14,966 nt of DNA from Leptolyngbyaceae cyanobacterium RU_5_1 (GCA_012034055.1 JAAUSG010000128.1:1-14966); one strand, 5' to 3'; counted from the first letter of the stretch, positions 1-9,663 are shown. Numbers and translations: made by a program. The notes: a model not told the origin generated them from the sequence alone.

Positions 1-1232
1 ACCGGATTGCTCAGTCGGAGCAGCGCCTGGATGTGCCTGATGCCGCTGCGCACCAGTGTTTTCTGGACGACACCGCCATTGAAGAGTTGTTTGGCTGGGC
101 AGCGACAAAAGGGGCCGCCGTCATTTCTTGCAGTTGGGGCCCAGCGGCTGTCCGCTTTCCGCTGTCACTCCGCCAACGGAATGCGATCGTCCGCACGGCG
201 ACTGAAGGGCGCAACGGCAAGGGGTGTGTGATTGTGTTTGCGGCTGGGAATGCCAACCGTCCAATCAATAGCAGCATCAATGAGCAGGGCTGGCCGAATA
301 ATGTTTTGAAGGGAGCCACAGAATGGTTGAGCGGGTTCGCGGTTCATCCAGATGTGATGGCTGTCGCCGCTTCCACCAGTTTGAATCGGAAAGCGGCATA
401 CAGTAACTGGGGCAGGGAAATCTCGGTCTGTGCGCCCAGCAATAATGCGCCTCCAGGAATGGGGTTGCAGCAGGTTGGCTATGTGTTCACGCCGCCTGAA
501 GTGCGATCGGATTTACCCGGCTTAGGAATCGTCACCTCAGACCGGGTGGGTAAGGTGGGCTATGACCTCAGTGATTACACGACAGATTTTGGGGGGACAT
601 CGAGTGCTTGTCCTCTGGTGGCTGGAGTGGCTGCGCTGGTGTTGTCTGCTAACCCAGAGTTGCAGGCTGCTGAGGTGAGGCAAGTTTTGCAGCAAACGGC
701 CGACAAGATTGTTGATCCCAACCCTGATCCTCAATTTGGCTTCCGCAAGGGAACCTATGAAGCGGGTGGACGCTGTGATTGGTTTGGGTATGGAAAAGTG
801 AATGCATTTAAAGCCGTGCAGGCAGCGGTGCAACGAAGGGTAGCCGCGATCGCAGCCTCCCGCCAAATTCAGCTCCAAAACACCACCAGTCTGTCCATTC
901 CGGACGATGACTCGCAAGGCATCACCAGCACCATTCAAGTTTCTGAAACAGCCCCTGTGCGCAGTATTCAGATTACTGCGGAAATCGAGCACAGCTTCAT
1001 GAGCGATCTGGAGATTAGCCTGATCTCGCCTGCAAACCAGGTCGTGCTATTGCACGGGCGCACTCTAGGCCGGAGAACGTTATTCAAGGGAACCTACTCC
1101 CTGCAAACAACTCCGCTCCTGACAAGAGTCATTGATCAATCTGCCCAGGGACGTTGGCAGCTAAAGATCACAGACAACGCCCAAGGGGATACCGGTATTC
1201 TGAAGAGTTGGCAGTTGACATTGGGATTATAG
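1..1232 (+). CDS. S8 family (subtilisin/kexin-like) serine peptidase with C-terminal proprotein-convertase P-domain; 5' end lies outside the window
   Basis: The frame of ORF 33..1232 stays open back to base 3 (cgg att gct cag ...), so the gene is cut by the window edge. It has the AAGN oxyanion-hole motif and the catalytic-Ser motif GGTSSACPLVAG. The last ~110 aa (SDLEISLISPANQVVLLHGR...GRWQLKITDNAQGDTGILKSWQLTLGL) fit the P/Homo-B domain pattern. Confidence 0.9.
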   Translation, partial: RIAQSEQRLDVPDAAAHQCFLDDTAIEELFGWAATKGAAVISCSWGPAAVRFPLSLRQRNAIVRTATEGRNGKGCVIVFAAGNANRPINSSINEQGWPNNVLKGATEWLSGFAVHPDVMAVAASTSLNRKAAYSNWGREISVCAPSNNAPPGMGLQQVGYVFTPPEVRSDLPGLGIVTSDRVGKVGYDLSDYTTDFGGTSSACPLVAGVAALVLSANPELQAAEVRQVLQQTADKIVDPNPDPQFGFRKGTYEAGGRCDWFGYGKVNAFKAVQAAVQRRVAAIAASRQIQLQNTTSLSIPDDDSQGITSTIQVSETAPVRSIQITAEIEHSFMSDLEISLISPANQVVLLHGRTLGRRTLFKGTYSLQTTPLLTRVIDQSAQGRWQLKITDNAQGDTGILKSWQLTLGL

Positions 1233-1264
1233 TAATTCTCTGTTGAATACGATAGTCTCGGCGA

Positions 1265-1285
1265 GGGTGGGGAGTAGGGAGTGGG
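1265..1285. repeat. G-rich degenerate heptamer run GGGTGGGGAGTAGGGAGTGGG (four G3-4 tracts)
   Basis: Read directly. It lies between the convergent 3' ends of the S8 and transglycosylase genes and resembles the GAGTGGG array at 6866. Confidence 0.5.
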
Positions 1286-1304
1286 CTGATCGCAGACGTA
1301 AGGT

Positions 1305-3516
1305 TTACTGCACAGTTGGATATTGATTGGAGACCTGATCCAGCTTTTGAGCAATTTCTGGATTGTAAAGCCGCAGGTAATTCCAGTAATTCTCAAAGAC
1401 AGATTTGACGTACCCTCGGGTTTCGCTGTAGGGGATCGATTCGATAAACTGATCGGCATCGCCAACGCCTTTCTTGGCGACCCAATCGGCAACGGCACCA
1501 GGACCCGCATTGTAACTGGCAACGGCCAGCATCGAGTTACCGTCGTACTCTGTGTGGGTGTAATCCAGGTACCAGGTGCCCAGCTTGATATTGTCGTCTG
1601 GATCGGTCAGCTCAAACTCCTTCAGCTTAATTTTTGGCAATCCAGGTACCGGTATCTGGCATCACCTGCATCAAGCCCACAGCCCCCGCTGAGGATTTGA
1701 TCCCCGGCATGAAGCGGGATTCCTGACGAATCAATGCCGTTACCAGGAGCGGATTTAGCTGCCGCTCTTGCGACCAGGCTTCAATTGGCTCCAGATACGG
1801 GAACGGATAGAGTGCATACCAGTAGCCGAGCTGTTTTTTCAGTGCTCTGTATTGGGTCTGTTCTTCGGGTAATTCGCGCTCACTCAGGTGCGACACCATG
1901 AAAATGCCGTCCAGGTGATCGCCAACGCCCAACCGCATGACGCCATCCGTGAATTGCTCTGCCACACTGGGTTGCATCGGGTCACGAAACTCTGCCTGCC
2001 AGAGCGCCCAAGCGTCCCGGTCTTGCCCCAGTTGATGGAGTTCTTGCAGGGACTCAGAGCCGGTCGGTAGCGCCGGACGGGCAGCAGGGCGGGCAACCGG
2101 TGGCTTAAGCTGGCGAACACTGGAGAAGTCGCCGACATCCCACCCCAACATGGACGCCGATCGCCAGGCGTAAAAGGACTCTGGATAACGGGTCAGGACG
2201 GTTTCAAAGACTTGCTTAGCCTCATTGGGTTTGCCCAGTTGATTGGCCCATTTACCCAACCAGAAGGCGGCTTCGGGGGCAAATTCGCTGTCTGGGTTTT
2301 GGCTCAACAGGGGAGCGGCCCATTTCTGAGCGGTTTCAATATCTCCAGCTTCAGCACTCTTCTGGGCCATATCCCAACGCAATTCGGCGGCGGCATTGGA
2401 CTTGCCGTAGCGATTGAGCAGAATTTGTCGGGTTAGCGTGGCGGCTTGACCGCTATTCAGTCCATCTAACAGCCTGGATTTTTCCAAAAGCGCTTCTCCA
2501 GCGCGATCGGGGAACCGGCTAATGGCCTGATCCAGATAAGCGATCGCAGTTTTCGGCTCCACAATCCGCGACAACCGGATGAGGGCTAGCCCAGTTTCTG
2601 GGGCATCGGGAAACGTAGCCACCATGCGCTGATAGGCAGCCGTAGCTCCTGGTTTTTCGCCCAGTTGCAGCCCCCGTGCAGTCCGGTAAGCATTGCGGGG
2701 AGTCAGGGGTGCTTTTGCATAAGCTTCCCCGGCTTTGCCGTACACCTGCTTTTCCCAGTAGCCAAAGGCGATCGCTTCCCAGTCATCTGCCTTCAACTGA
2801 TTGGCGTATTTTTCTGCCAATTGGTCGAGTACGCCCATGTACTCTGGCAAATACAGTCCATGTTGCGCAATCAGCAAGAGCAGCTCAGGCTGATTCGGAT
2901 TTTGCTTCAGTCGCTGTTGAGCAATGTCCATCACCCGCGGATGGGCAGGAAACTGAGCGATCGCCTGATCCCAGTAGCGGGGATTGGTCTTACCCAATGC
3001 GTACAGGGCTTCCGCGGCGGCTGGGTCTTTGGGGTGGTGCTTGAGGATTGCCTGCCTGGTTGCCGTTGCCGTTGCGCTGTCGCCAACCAGGTCATAAGCC
3101 TGGGCCCGTTTCATCAAGACATGACTGGCCAGAACTGTGTAGGTTGACTCCAGTCCATCCAGTTGCTCCAGGGCTTTCTTGCCTTGCCCTTGCTGCAGCA
3201 GCTCTGTTGCCAGGAGATAGCGAGCACGGCTGCGATCGAGAGATTCCTTGCTTTTGGCGATCGCGGACAGCTTTTCCGCCCGCTTTTCAGGCGCTAAAGA
3301 CTTGATCAGGTTGATATCCTTGATTTGGACAGCACCAGCCTGTAGTTCTCCACCGGATTGTAAAAACTCGCTACCCTGCTGACGGCTGATCAGCGCTTTA
3401 GTCAAAGCGCTGCCCACCAACAATACCCCCAGGCTGACGCCAACTATTCGATAAACCCGTGCTCGTCGTTGCTGCATTGGTCTACTACCAGAACTAGAGA
3501 GTTTGAAAAGGCTCAC
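1305..3516 (-). pseudogene. Slt70-like soluble lytic murein transglycosylase, frame broken once (ORFs 1627..3516 and 1305..1640 are one gene)
   Basis: The 629-aa ORF has an N-terminal membrane anchor/signal (VGVSLGVLLVGSAL) and a long helical-repeat region. It ends inside the SLT catalytic domain (LIRQESRF...GAVGLMQVMPDTGTWIAKN*). The 111-aa ORF continues that domain (KLGTWYLDY...AVASYNAGPGAV...). The junction is an A5 run on the coding strand (T5 at 1631-1635). An alternative start is the ATG at 3477. Confidence 0.85.
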
Positions 3517-3787
3517 TTGACCAAAGGTCTGGTCAGGTCATAGAATTTTTCGCACTATTTTTTTGCACTATGTTAACCACAAAACCCTTTCGCGACTGTA
3601 GCATTTTGCAAAAAGGTGGACGAGGACTGATCACCTCCGGGTCTACATCCCGTTAATTTTTTGAGCAATACTGGAATTAAACCTTATCCACGTTCAGACC
3701 TGGAGTTTTTCTGAAGGGAAAGCTACAGATTCCGAGCTGAACGTGGTTTAGTTGCTCGGTGAGACTAAGTAAACAGGGGTAGAAAAG

Positions 3788-3808
3788 GGTCATTGGTCAC
3801 TGGTTATT
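3788..3808. repeat. STRR2-like heptamer array GGTCATT GGTCACT GGTTATT
   Basis: Three tandem 7-mers, a cyclic permutation of the cyanobacterial STRR2 unit TTGGTCA, about 100 bp upstream of pepA. Confidence 0.6.
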
Positions 3809-3911
3809 GGGGATGCAACACACGACGGACGACCGATGGCACATGATTGTTCCCCTGAGATGTTTGGTTCTACCGCTTGCTCAAAAAACAGGAACGTTGA
3901 GGATATCCCGA

Positions 3912-5393
3912 ATGGATTTGCGAGTAACAGATACGTCATACCTGGAGTGGTCTGGTGATGCGTTGGCGGTGGGTTTGTTTGAAGATCAAATAGAGCTGAG
4001 TGGCGATTTAGCGGTATTAGATGAGCAATTGGCTGGTACCGTCAAAGAGTTGATTGCCGAGACAGAGTTCAAAGGTAAAGAAGGCAATAGTGTTGCCACA
4101 CGAGTTGGCAGCGGCACGAAGATTCGCAAAATCGTTTTGGTGGGATTGGGCAAGGTAGACGACTTTAAGCTGGAGCGGCTGCGGCGAGCTGGAGCGGCGA
4201 GTGCGCGATCGGCAAAGAAGGAGAAATGCAAAACATTGGGAATCACTCTGCCGATATTGGGTGGGGATGCGGCCGCCAGTGCTCAAGCGATCGCCGAAGG
4301 GGTTGAACTTGCCCTTTATCAAGACACTCGCTTCAAATCTGAACCGGATGACAAAGGCCCCAGGGTAGAACAGGTTGATTTATTGGGATTGGCTGGACAG
4401 GACGCCGCCATCACTCGTGCGCGTCAGATTTGTTCTGGAGTGATTTTAGCGCGGGAGTTGGTTGCCGCCCCTGCAAACATCGTTACACCCATCACCCTGG
4501 CAGAAACGGCCAGCGCGATCGCCCAGGAATACGGACTGGAGTTAGAAATTCTGGAGCGAGAAGACTGCGAGAAATTGGGCATGGGCGCATATCTGGGTGT
4601 GGCCCAGGCGTCTGACTTGCCGCCCAAATTCATCCACCTCACCTACAAGCCGGAAGGTACTCCCCGCCGTAAGCTAGCGATTATCGGTAAAGGACTGACC
4701 TTTGATTCCGGTGGGCTAAACATCAAAGTCTCTGGCAGCGGCATCGAAATGATGAAAACCGACATGGGTGGAGCCGGGGCAACCCTGGGAGCGGCAAAAG
4801 CGATCGCCCAACTCAAACCCGATGTGGAAGTTCATTTCATCAGCGCCGCCACGGAAAACATGATCAGCGGTCACGCCATGCACCCCGGCGACATCCTCAC
4901 GGCGTCTAACGGCAAGACGATCGAAATCAACAACACCGATGCCGAAGGACGCCTCACCCTGGCTGATGCCCTCGTGTTTGCTGAGAAGCTGGGAGTGGAA
5001 GCGATCGTCGATCTGGCCACCCTCACTGGAGCCTGTGTGATTGCCCTGGGTGACGACATTGCTGGACTCTGGAGTCCCAGTGACGATCTCGCCAATCAAC
5101 TCCTGACAGCCTCCGAAACCTCTGGCGAGAAACTGTGGCGCATGCCGATGGAAGAAAAGTACTTTGAAGGCATGAAATCTGTCGTCGCTGACATGAAGAA
5201 TACCGGTCCCCGCCCTGGTGGAGCGATCACTGCCGCCCTGTTCCTGAAGCAGTTTATCAAAAACACTGCCTGGGCACACCTGGATGTCGCAGGTCCAGTC
5301 TGGGCAGACAAGGAAAACAGCTACAACAGCGTTGGTGCGACTGGTTTTGGGGTACGAATCCTGGTGAATTGGGTGTTGGGCACTGGTCTCTAA
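3912..5393 (+). CDS. pepA: leucyl aminopeptidase (M17 family)
   Basis: Has the M17 signature [14 protein letters not shown] and the metal/active-site block [14 protein letters not shown]. Start placed at ATG 3912 (MDLRVTD...), preceded by GAGGA 8 nt upstream. The 35 extra N-terminal codons of ORF 3807 run through the heptamer repeat and look non-coding. Confidence 0.93.
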   Translation: MDLRVTDTSYLEWSGDALAVGLFEDQIELSGDLAVLDEQLAGTVKELIAETEFKGKEGNSVATRVGSGTKIRKIVLVGLGKVDDFKLERLRRAGAASARSAKKEKCKTLGITLPILGGDAAASAQAIAEGVELALYQDTRFKSEPDDKGPRVEQVDLLGLAGQDAAITRARQICSGVILARELVAAPANIVTPITLAETASAIAQEYGLELEILEREDCEKLGMGAYLGVAQASDLPPKFIHLTYKPEGTPRRKLAIIGKGLTFDSGGLNIKVSGSGIEMMKTDMGGAGATLGAAKAIAQLKPDVEVHFISAATENMISGHAMHPGDILTASNGKTIEINNTDAEGRLTLADALVFAEKLGVEAIVDLATLTGACVIALGDDIAGLWSPSDDLANQLLTASETSGEKLWRMPMEEKYFEGMKSVVADMKNTGPRPGGAITAALFLKQFIKNTAWAHLDVAGPVWADKENSYNSVGATGFGVRILVNWVLGTGL

Positions 5394-5571
5394 AGGGGTA
5401 ATCAACGGGAGGGCTATTCATGGAACGTCCCTACGGACACGAACAATAGCTTTGAAACACAACCCTAACTCTTTGGTTGCAAAAATTTAATGATGAGAGC
5501 ATGACATAATGATTGGCGTCCGATGATGAATTCGCGATCGCAGTTAGACGATCAGGTTGAGGTACAAAAAC

Positions 5572-6864
5572 GTGAAGGTTTTGGTTGTCGGGAGCGGCGG
5601 TCGGGAACATGCACTGGCTTGGAAGCTATTGCAGTCCAATAAAGTACAGCAAGTCACTTGCGTACCTGGAAATGGCGGCACAGCGTCTATGTCGCGTTGC
5701 CAAAATTTGGCGCTCAGCGCTCAAGATTTTGAGGGCATTGGGCGGTTTGCCCTGGTGAATGGAGTTTCGCTGATTGTAGTAGGTCCAGAAGTTCCGCTAG
5801 CGGCAGGAATCACTGATTATCTACGACAGCAAGGGTTAACTGTATTTGGTCCAACCCGATTGGGGGCACAACTTGAAGCCAGCAAGGTATGGGCAAAAGC
5901 ACTCATGCAGGAGGCAAAAATTCCCACAGCCCAGTCAGTCATATTTACTCAAGCAGAGCCAGCCCTGGATTATGTTCGCCAACACGGTGTGCCTATTGTT
6001 GTTAAAGCAGACGGATTAGCCGCTGGCAAGGGCGTGACGGTCGCAACAACGGTTGAGGAAGCAGAAGCTGCCATTACGGATGCCTTCAACGGAAAATTTG
6101 GCGAAGCAGGCTATCGGCTTGTGCTTGAGGAATACCTGACCGGGCAGGAGGTCTCGATTCTGGCGCTGACCGACGGTATCACCATTCGCCCTTTAATCCC
6201 AGCTCAAGATCACAAGCGCATTGGAGAAGGTGACACGGGAGCCAACACAGGGGGTATGGGAGCCTATGCTCCAGCCCCAATTGTCACTCCTGAGTTGATA
6301 GAGCGGATTCAGCAGGAAATTTTGGACCCTGCGATCGCCACCCTGAGCAAACGCAAGATCGACTACCGGGGCGTTCTCTATGCCGGATTAATCATTACTC
6401 CCGATGGGGATCCCAGGGTAATTGAATTCAATTGCCGCTTTGGGGATCCGGAGACCCAGGTTGTGTTGCCGCTGCTCGACACGCCACTGCATGAATTACT
6501 GCTGGCCTGTACCCAGAAACGACTTGCAGACCTGCCTGCGATCGCCTGGAAACCCGGTGCAGCCGCTTGTGTCGTTATAGCAGCGGCTGGCTATCCTGAC
6601 GCTTATGCCAAGGGAAAGATGATCACTGGAATTGATCAGGCAGAATCAGAAGGAGCCGTTGTGTTTCATGCTGGAACTCAACGCAAATCGCAAACGTTGG
6701 TCTCCGATGGTGGACGAGTGTTGGGGGTCACTGCCCTGGGTGAGACCCTGGATGCCGCGATCGCTAACGCCTATACTGCCACCCAATCTATTCAGTTTGA
6801 GGGCATGTACTATCGCCGTGACATCGGCTACCAAGTGCAAACTGCCAGGTCGGCTGCTGGTTAG
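5572..6864 (+). CDS. purD: phosphoribosylamine--glycine ligase
   Basis: Has the N-terminal PurD motif VKVLVVGSGGREHALAWKL, an ATP-grasp core (VVKADGLAAGKGV) and the C-terminal block VIEFNCRFGDPETQ. GTG 5572 has a GAGG ~9 nt upstream. The ORF track's TTG 5557 is a possible alternative start. Confidence 0.93.
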   Translation: MKVLVVGSGGREHALAWKLLQSNKVQQVTCVPGNGGTASMSRCQNLALSAQDFEGIGRFALVNGVSLIVVGPEVPLAAGITDYLRQQGLTVFGPTRLGAQLEASKVWAKALMQEAKIPTAQSVIFTQAEPALDYVRQHGVPIVVKADGLAAGKGVTVATTVEEAEAAITDAFNGKFGEAGYRLVLEEYLTGQEVSILALTDGITIRPLIPAQDHKRIGEGDTGANTGGMGAYAPAPIVTPELIERIQQEILDPAIATLSKRKIDYRGVLYAGLIITPDGDPRVIEFNCRFGDPETQVVLPLLDTPLHELLLACTQKRLADLPAIAWKPGAAACVVIAAAGYPDAYAKGKMITGIDQAESEGAVVFHAGTQRKSQTLVSDGGRVLGVTALGETLDAAIANAYTATQSIQFEGMYYRRDIGYQVQTARSAAG

Positions 6865-6865
6865 C

Positions 6866-6911
6866 GAGTGGGGAGTGGGGAGGAGACAGGAGTGAGTAGA
6901 CAGGAGTCTAC
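6866..6911. repeat. Degenerate heptamer array (GAGTGGG GAGTGGG GAGGAGA CAGGAGT GAGTAGA CAGGAGT) with embedded 6-bp hairpin
   Basis: Six 7-nt units are read directly between the convergent purD and DUF3110 3' ends. GTAGAC-agga-GTCTAC (6896..6911) could act as a weak bidirectional terminator, but there is no U-tract. Confidence 0.55.
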
Positions 6912-6931
6912 TTAGTCACTATCCACCTCCA

Positions 6932-7330
6932 CTACAACAGCCCCTCCAATCGCCGCCGAATTTGCTCCAAGTCTGACTCTGCGATCGCCGGTTCGTCTCG
7001 CAATTTCTGGGCTTCCAATTGCCAATCGGTTTCTTCCACGTTTCGTTCTGGAGGAACGAGTAGGAGGCGTTCGGCGTCGGATTGAGGCACGAATCCTTGG
7101 GGAATGAGCTGGCAATAGTATCCAGCGCTCTGACAAAATTCCTCAATTTCTTGATCATCAATGGGTTCGACGGATGGGGCTGGAAAGTCCTGTGCCTCTA
7201 GAAGAAGGGCGTAACGAGTTGCGTCGTCTTCTTCCTCAAACATCAGCACGAGGTCGCGATCGCCAATTCGTAAGGTATGCAGCCCCTCGTTGTCTGTTCC
7301 AACATTAAATAGCAGCACAAATACACGCAT
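6932..7330 (-). CDS. DUF3110-family conserved cyanobacterial protein
   Basis: MRVFVLLFNVGTDNEGLHTL...LVLMFEEEDDATRYALLLEAQDFP...IEEFCQSAGY matches my recollection of the DUF3110 N-terminal pattern. GGAG lies 4 nt upstream of the ATG. The overlapping ORFs 6912..7136 and 6919..7161 are alternative frames of the same stretch. Confidence 0.7.
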   Translation of the reverse strand: MRVFVLLFNVGTDNEGLHTLRIGDRDLVLMFEEEDDATRYALLLEAQDFPAPSVEPIDDQEIEEFCQSAGYYCQLIPQGFVPQSDAERLLLVPPERNVEETDWQLEAQKLRDEPAIAESDLEQIRRRLEGLL

Positions 7331-7444
7331 GACTCCAGAGTGTTCTTATCGTTTTTTCAATCTTAGAGCCTATCGGACAGCTCACAGACTCAAGCAACGA
7401 TTCAAAATCTTACCACCCGCAAATTTTCTGTTGATTGGCGATCG

Positions 7445-7513
7445 CGGTAGGGGCGGGTTTAGCCACAGACTCTGCTTGTAGCCTCAGATTGACAACAAAA
7501 CCCGCCCCTACCG
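7445..7513. repeat. 16-bp perfect inverted repeat CGGTAGGGGCGGGTTT / AAACCCGCCCCTACCG with 37-nt spacer
   Basis: Read directly (7445-7460 and 7498-7513). It sits in the divergent promoter region between the DUF3110 gene (-) and the DUF255 gene (+). Confidence 0.85.
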
Positions 7514-7544
7514 TCAACGGGAAATTTACGCCGGGAAAGTTTCC

Positions 7545-7572
7545 ATTTTTAATTTTGCATTTTGCATTTTGA
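7545..7572. repeat. Heptamer array ATTTTTA ATTTTGC ATTTTGC ATTTTGA
   Basis: Four tandem 7-mers, 21 bp upstream of the DUF255 start. Confidence 0.7.
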
Positions 7573-7592
7573 ATCGTTAATTGTCTTTTTCT

Positions 7593-9663
7593 ATGCCCAA
7601 TCGCCTTGCCCAATCCAAAAGCCTCTACCTGCGCAAACACGCTGAAAATCCCATCGACTGGTGGCCATGGTGTGATGAAGCGCTGGACACCGCACGACGC
7701 GAGAACAAGCCCATTTTTCTTTCGGTCGGTTACTCCAGTTGTCACTGGTGTACGGTGATGGAGGGGGAAGCCTTCTCGGATGGTGCGATCGCGGACTACA
7801 TGAATGCCAACTTCGTGCCGATCAAAGTGGATCGGGAGGAGCGTCCTGATCTGGACAGCATCTATATGCAAGCGGTTCAGATGATGATTGGGCAAGGGGG
7901 GTGGCCCTTGAACGTGTTTCTCTCCCCCGATGATCTGGTGCCATTTTATGGTGGGACGTATTTTCCATAGAACCTCGCTATGGGCGACCGGGCTTCTTCC
8001 AGGTGTTGCAGGCAGTGCGCCGCTACTACGATGTTGAAAAAACGAAGCTGCAGTCGATTAAGTCGGAAGTGTTAAGCAATCTCCAGGGGACGGCTGTTTT
8101 GCCACCCGCGCAAGAATTAAGCCGTGAACTGCTGCAGCAAGGACTGGAATACAACACCGGCGTAGTTTCCTCCAAGTCTCTTGGTTCCAGCTTTCCGATG
8201 ATTCCCTATGCAGAGGTGGCGTTGCGATCGCGGCGATTCACCGTCGAATCCCGTTACAACGCCAAAGAAGTCAGCACCCAACGGGGACTGGATTTAGCAC
8301 TGGGTGGCATCTTTGATCACGTTGGCGGTGGTTTCCATCGTTACACCGTGGATCCGACCTGGACTGTGCCCCACTTTGAGAAGATGCTCTACGACAACGG
8401 ACAGATTGTGGAGTATTTAGCAAACCTGTGGGCGGCCGGAGCACAGGAACCCGCGTTTGAACGCGCGATCGCCCTTACCGTTCAATGGCTGCAGCGCGAA
8501 ATGACTGCCCCCGAAGGCTACTTCTACGCTGCCCAGGATGCCGACAGTTTTGTCGATCCCAGTGAAGCAGAACCCGAAGAAGGCGCTTTCTACGTTTGGG
8601 ACTATCCAGATCTAGAAGCATTACTCACTTCAGAGGAGTTGGCAGAACTGCAAGAACAGTTCACGGTAACTGAAAATGGCAATTTTGAGGGCTACAACGT
8701 TCTGCAACGACACCATCCCGGCAAGTTGAGCGACTCCTTAGAGACCGCACTGTCCAAGTTGTTTCAGGCACGCTACGGCTCCTCTGCAGCCGACCTGTCC
8801 GTCTTTCCCCCTGCCCGCAACAATCAAGCCGCAAAAACCACCCCCTGGGCAGGTCGCATTCCGCCCGTCACCGATACCAAAATGATTGTTGCCTGGAACA
8901 GCCTGATGATTTCTGGGTTAGCACGGGCATCAACTGTATTTCACCAGCCAGATTATCTGGAATTAGCCATCAAGGCCGCCGACTTTATCGGCACCCATCA
9001 GTGGATCAATGGACGCTTCCATCGCGTTAACTACGACGGTCAGGCAGATGTGTTAGCGCAGTCCGAAGATTATGCATTGTTCATCAAAGCGCTATTGGAT
9101 TTGCATCAGGCTATGCAGGGGTCAGGAACCGAATCTGAAACCTGGAACCTGAAACCTGAAACCTATCTCGATCGCGCCCTCAAAACCCAATCAGAATTCG
9201 ACGAATTCCTCTGGAGCATTGAGATGGGTGGTTATTACAACACCGATGCCAGCCGCGATTTGCTGGTTCGGGAGCGCAGCTATGCCGACAACGCCACACC
9301 CGCCGCCAACGGAGTAGCGATCGCCAATTTAGTGCGATTGGCCTTGCTAACAGAGGACCTCAGCTATCTGGACAAGGCAGAGCAAACGCTGCAGGCGTTT
9401 GGGAGTGTGATGGAGCGATCGCCCCAATCGTGCCCAGCCTCTTCTCCGCACTCGACTGGTTCCACAACCACACCCTGATCCGCACCACTACCGACCCGCT
9501 GGCAACCCTTGCACCCCAATACCTACCCACCACTGTTTACACTTGGGAGCCTAATTTACCAGAAGGGGCTGTCGGATTCGTTTGCCAGGGTTTGAGCTGC
9601 CAAGAACTCGCCCGCAGCCCAGAACAGTTGCTAGAGCAGGTCGCAAATATACGATTCTCTTGA
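7593..9663 (+). pseudogene. Thioredoxin-domain protein (DUF255 / YyaL / SPATA20-like), frame broken twice (ORFs 7581..7970, 8003..9478, 9430..9663)
   Basis: The N-terminus [29 protein letters not shown]...[20 protein letters not shown] is the DUF255 thioredoxin-like domain. The first ORF ends ...GGTYFP*, and the next frame reads EPRYGRPGFFQVLQAV from 7970, so one base is missing between 7967 and 7970. The second break is at 9431-9437: ...RSPQSCP in one frame and SLFSALDWFHNHTLIRTT in the next. Confidence 0.85.
9135..9162. repeat. Intragenic heptamer array CTGAAAC CTGGAAC CTGAAAC CTGAAAC
   Basis: Four tandem 7-mers inside the DUF255 reading frame, translated as ...SETWNLKPETY... Confidence 0.8.

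Noticed and set aside
537-992. 151-aa minus-strand ORF
   Set aside because: It is entirely antisense to the well-supported S8 peptidase gene, with no recognisable motif. It is a shadow ORF.
1627-1640. Programmed ribosomal frameshift in the transglycosylase gene
   Set aside because: There is no slippery heptamer or stimulatory structure, and I know of no precedent in this family. A homopolymer indel is far more likely.
2665-3147. 160-aa plus-strand ORF, along with 2676..3044, 3048..3305, 1323..1700, 1888..2070 and 2212..2436
   Set aside because: All are antisense to the lytic transglycosylase gene. Their composition is Cys/Pro/Arg-rich, typical of wrong-frame reading.
4716-5405. 229-aa minus-strand ORF, along with 4871..5095 and 5096..5311
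   Set aside because: Antisense to pepA, whose M17 motifs are unambiguous on the plus strand.
7410-7895. 161-aa minus-strand ORF
   Set aside because: It is antisense to the DUF255 N-terminal thioredoxin domain. It then runs through the heptamer array and the 16-bp inverted repeat of the spacer.
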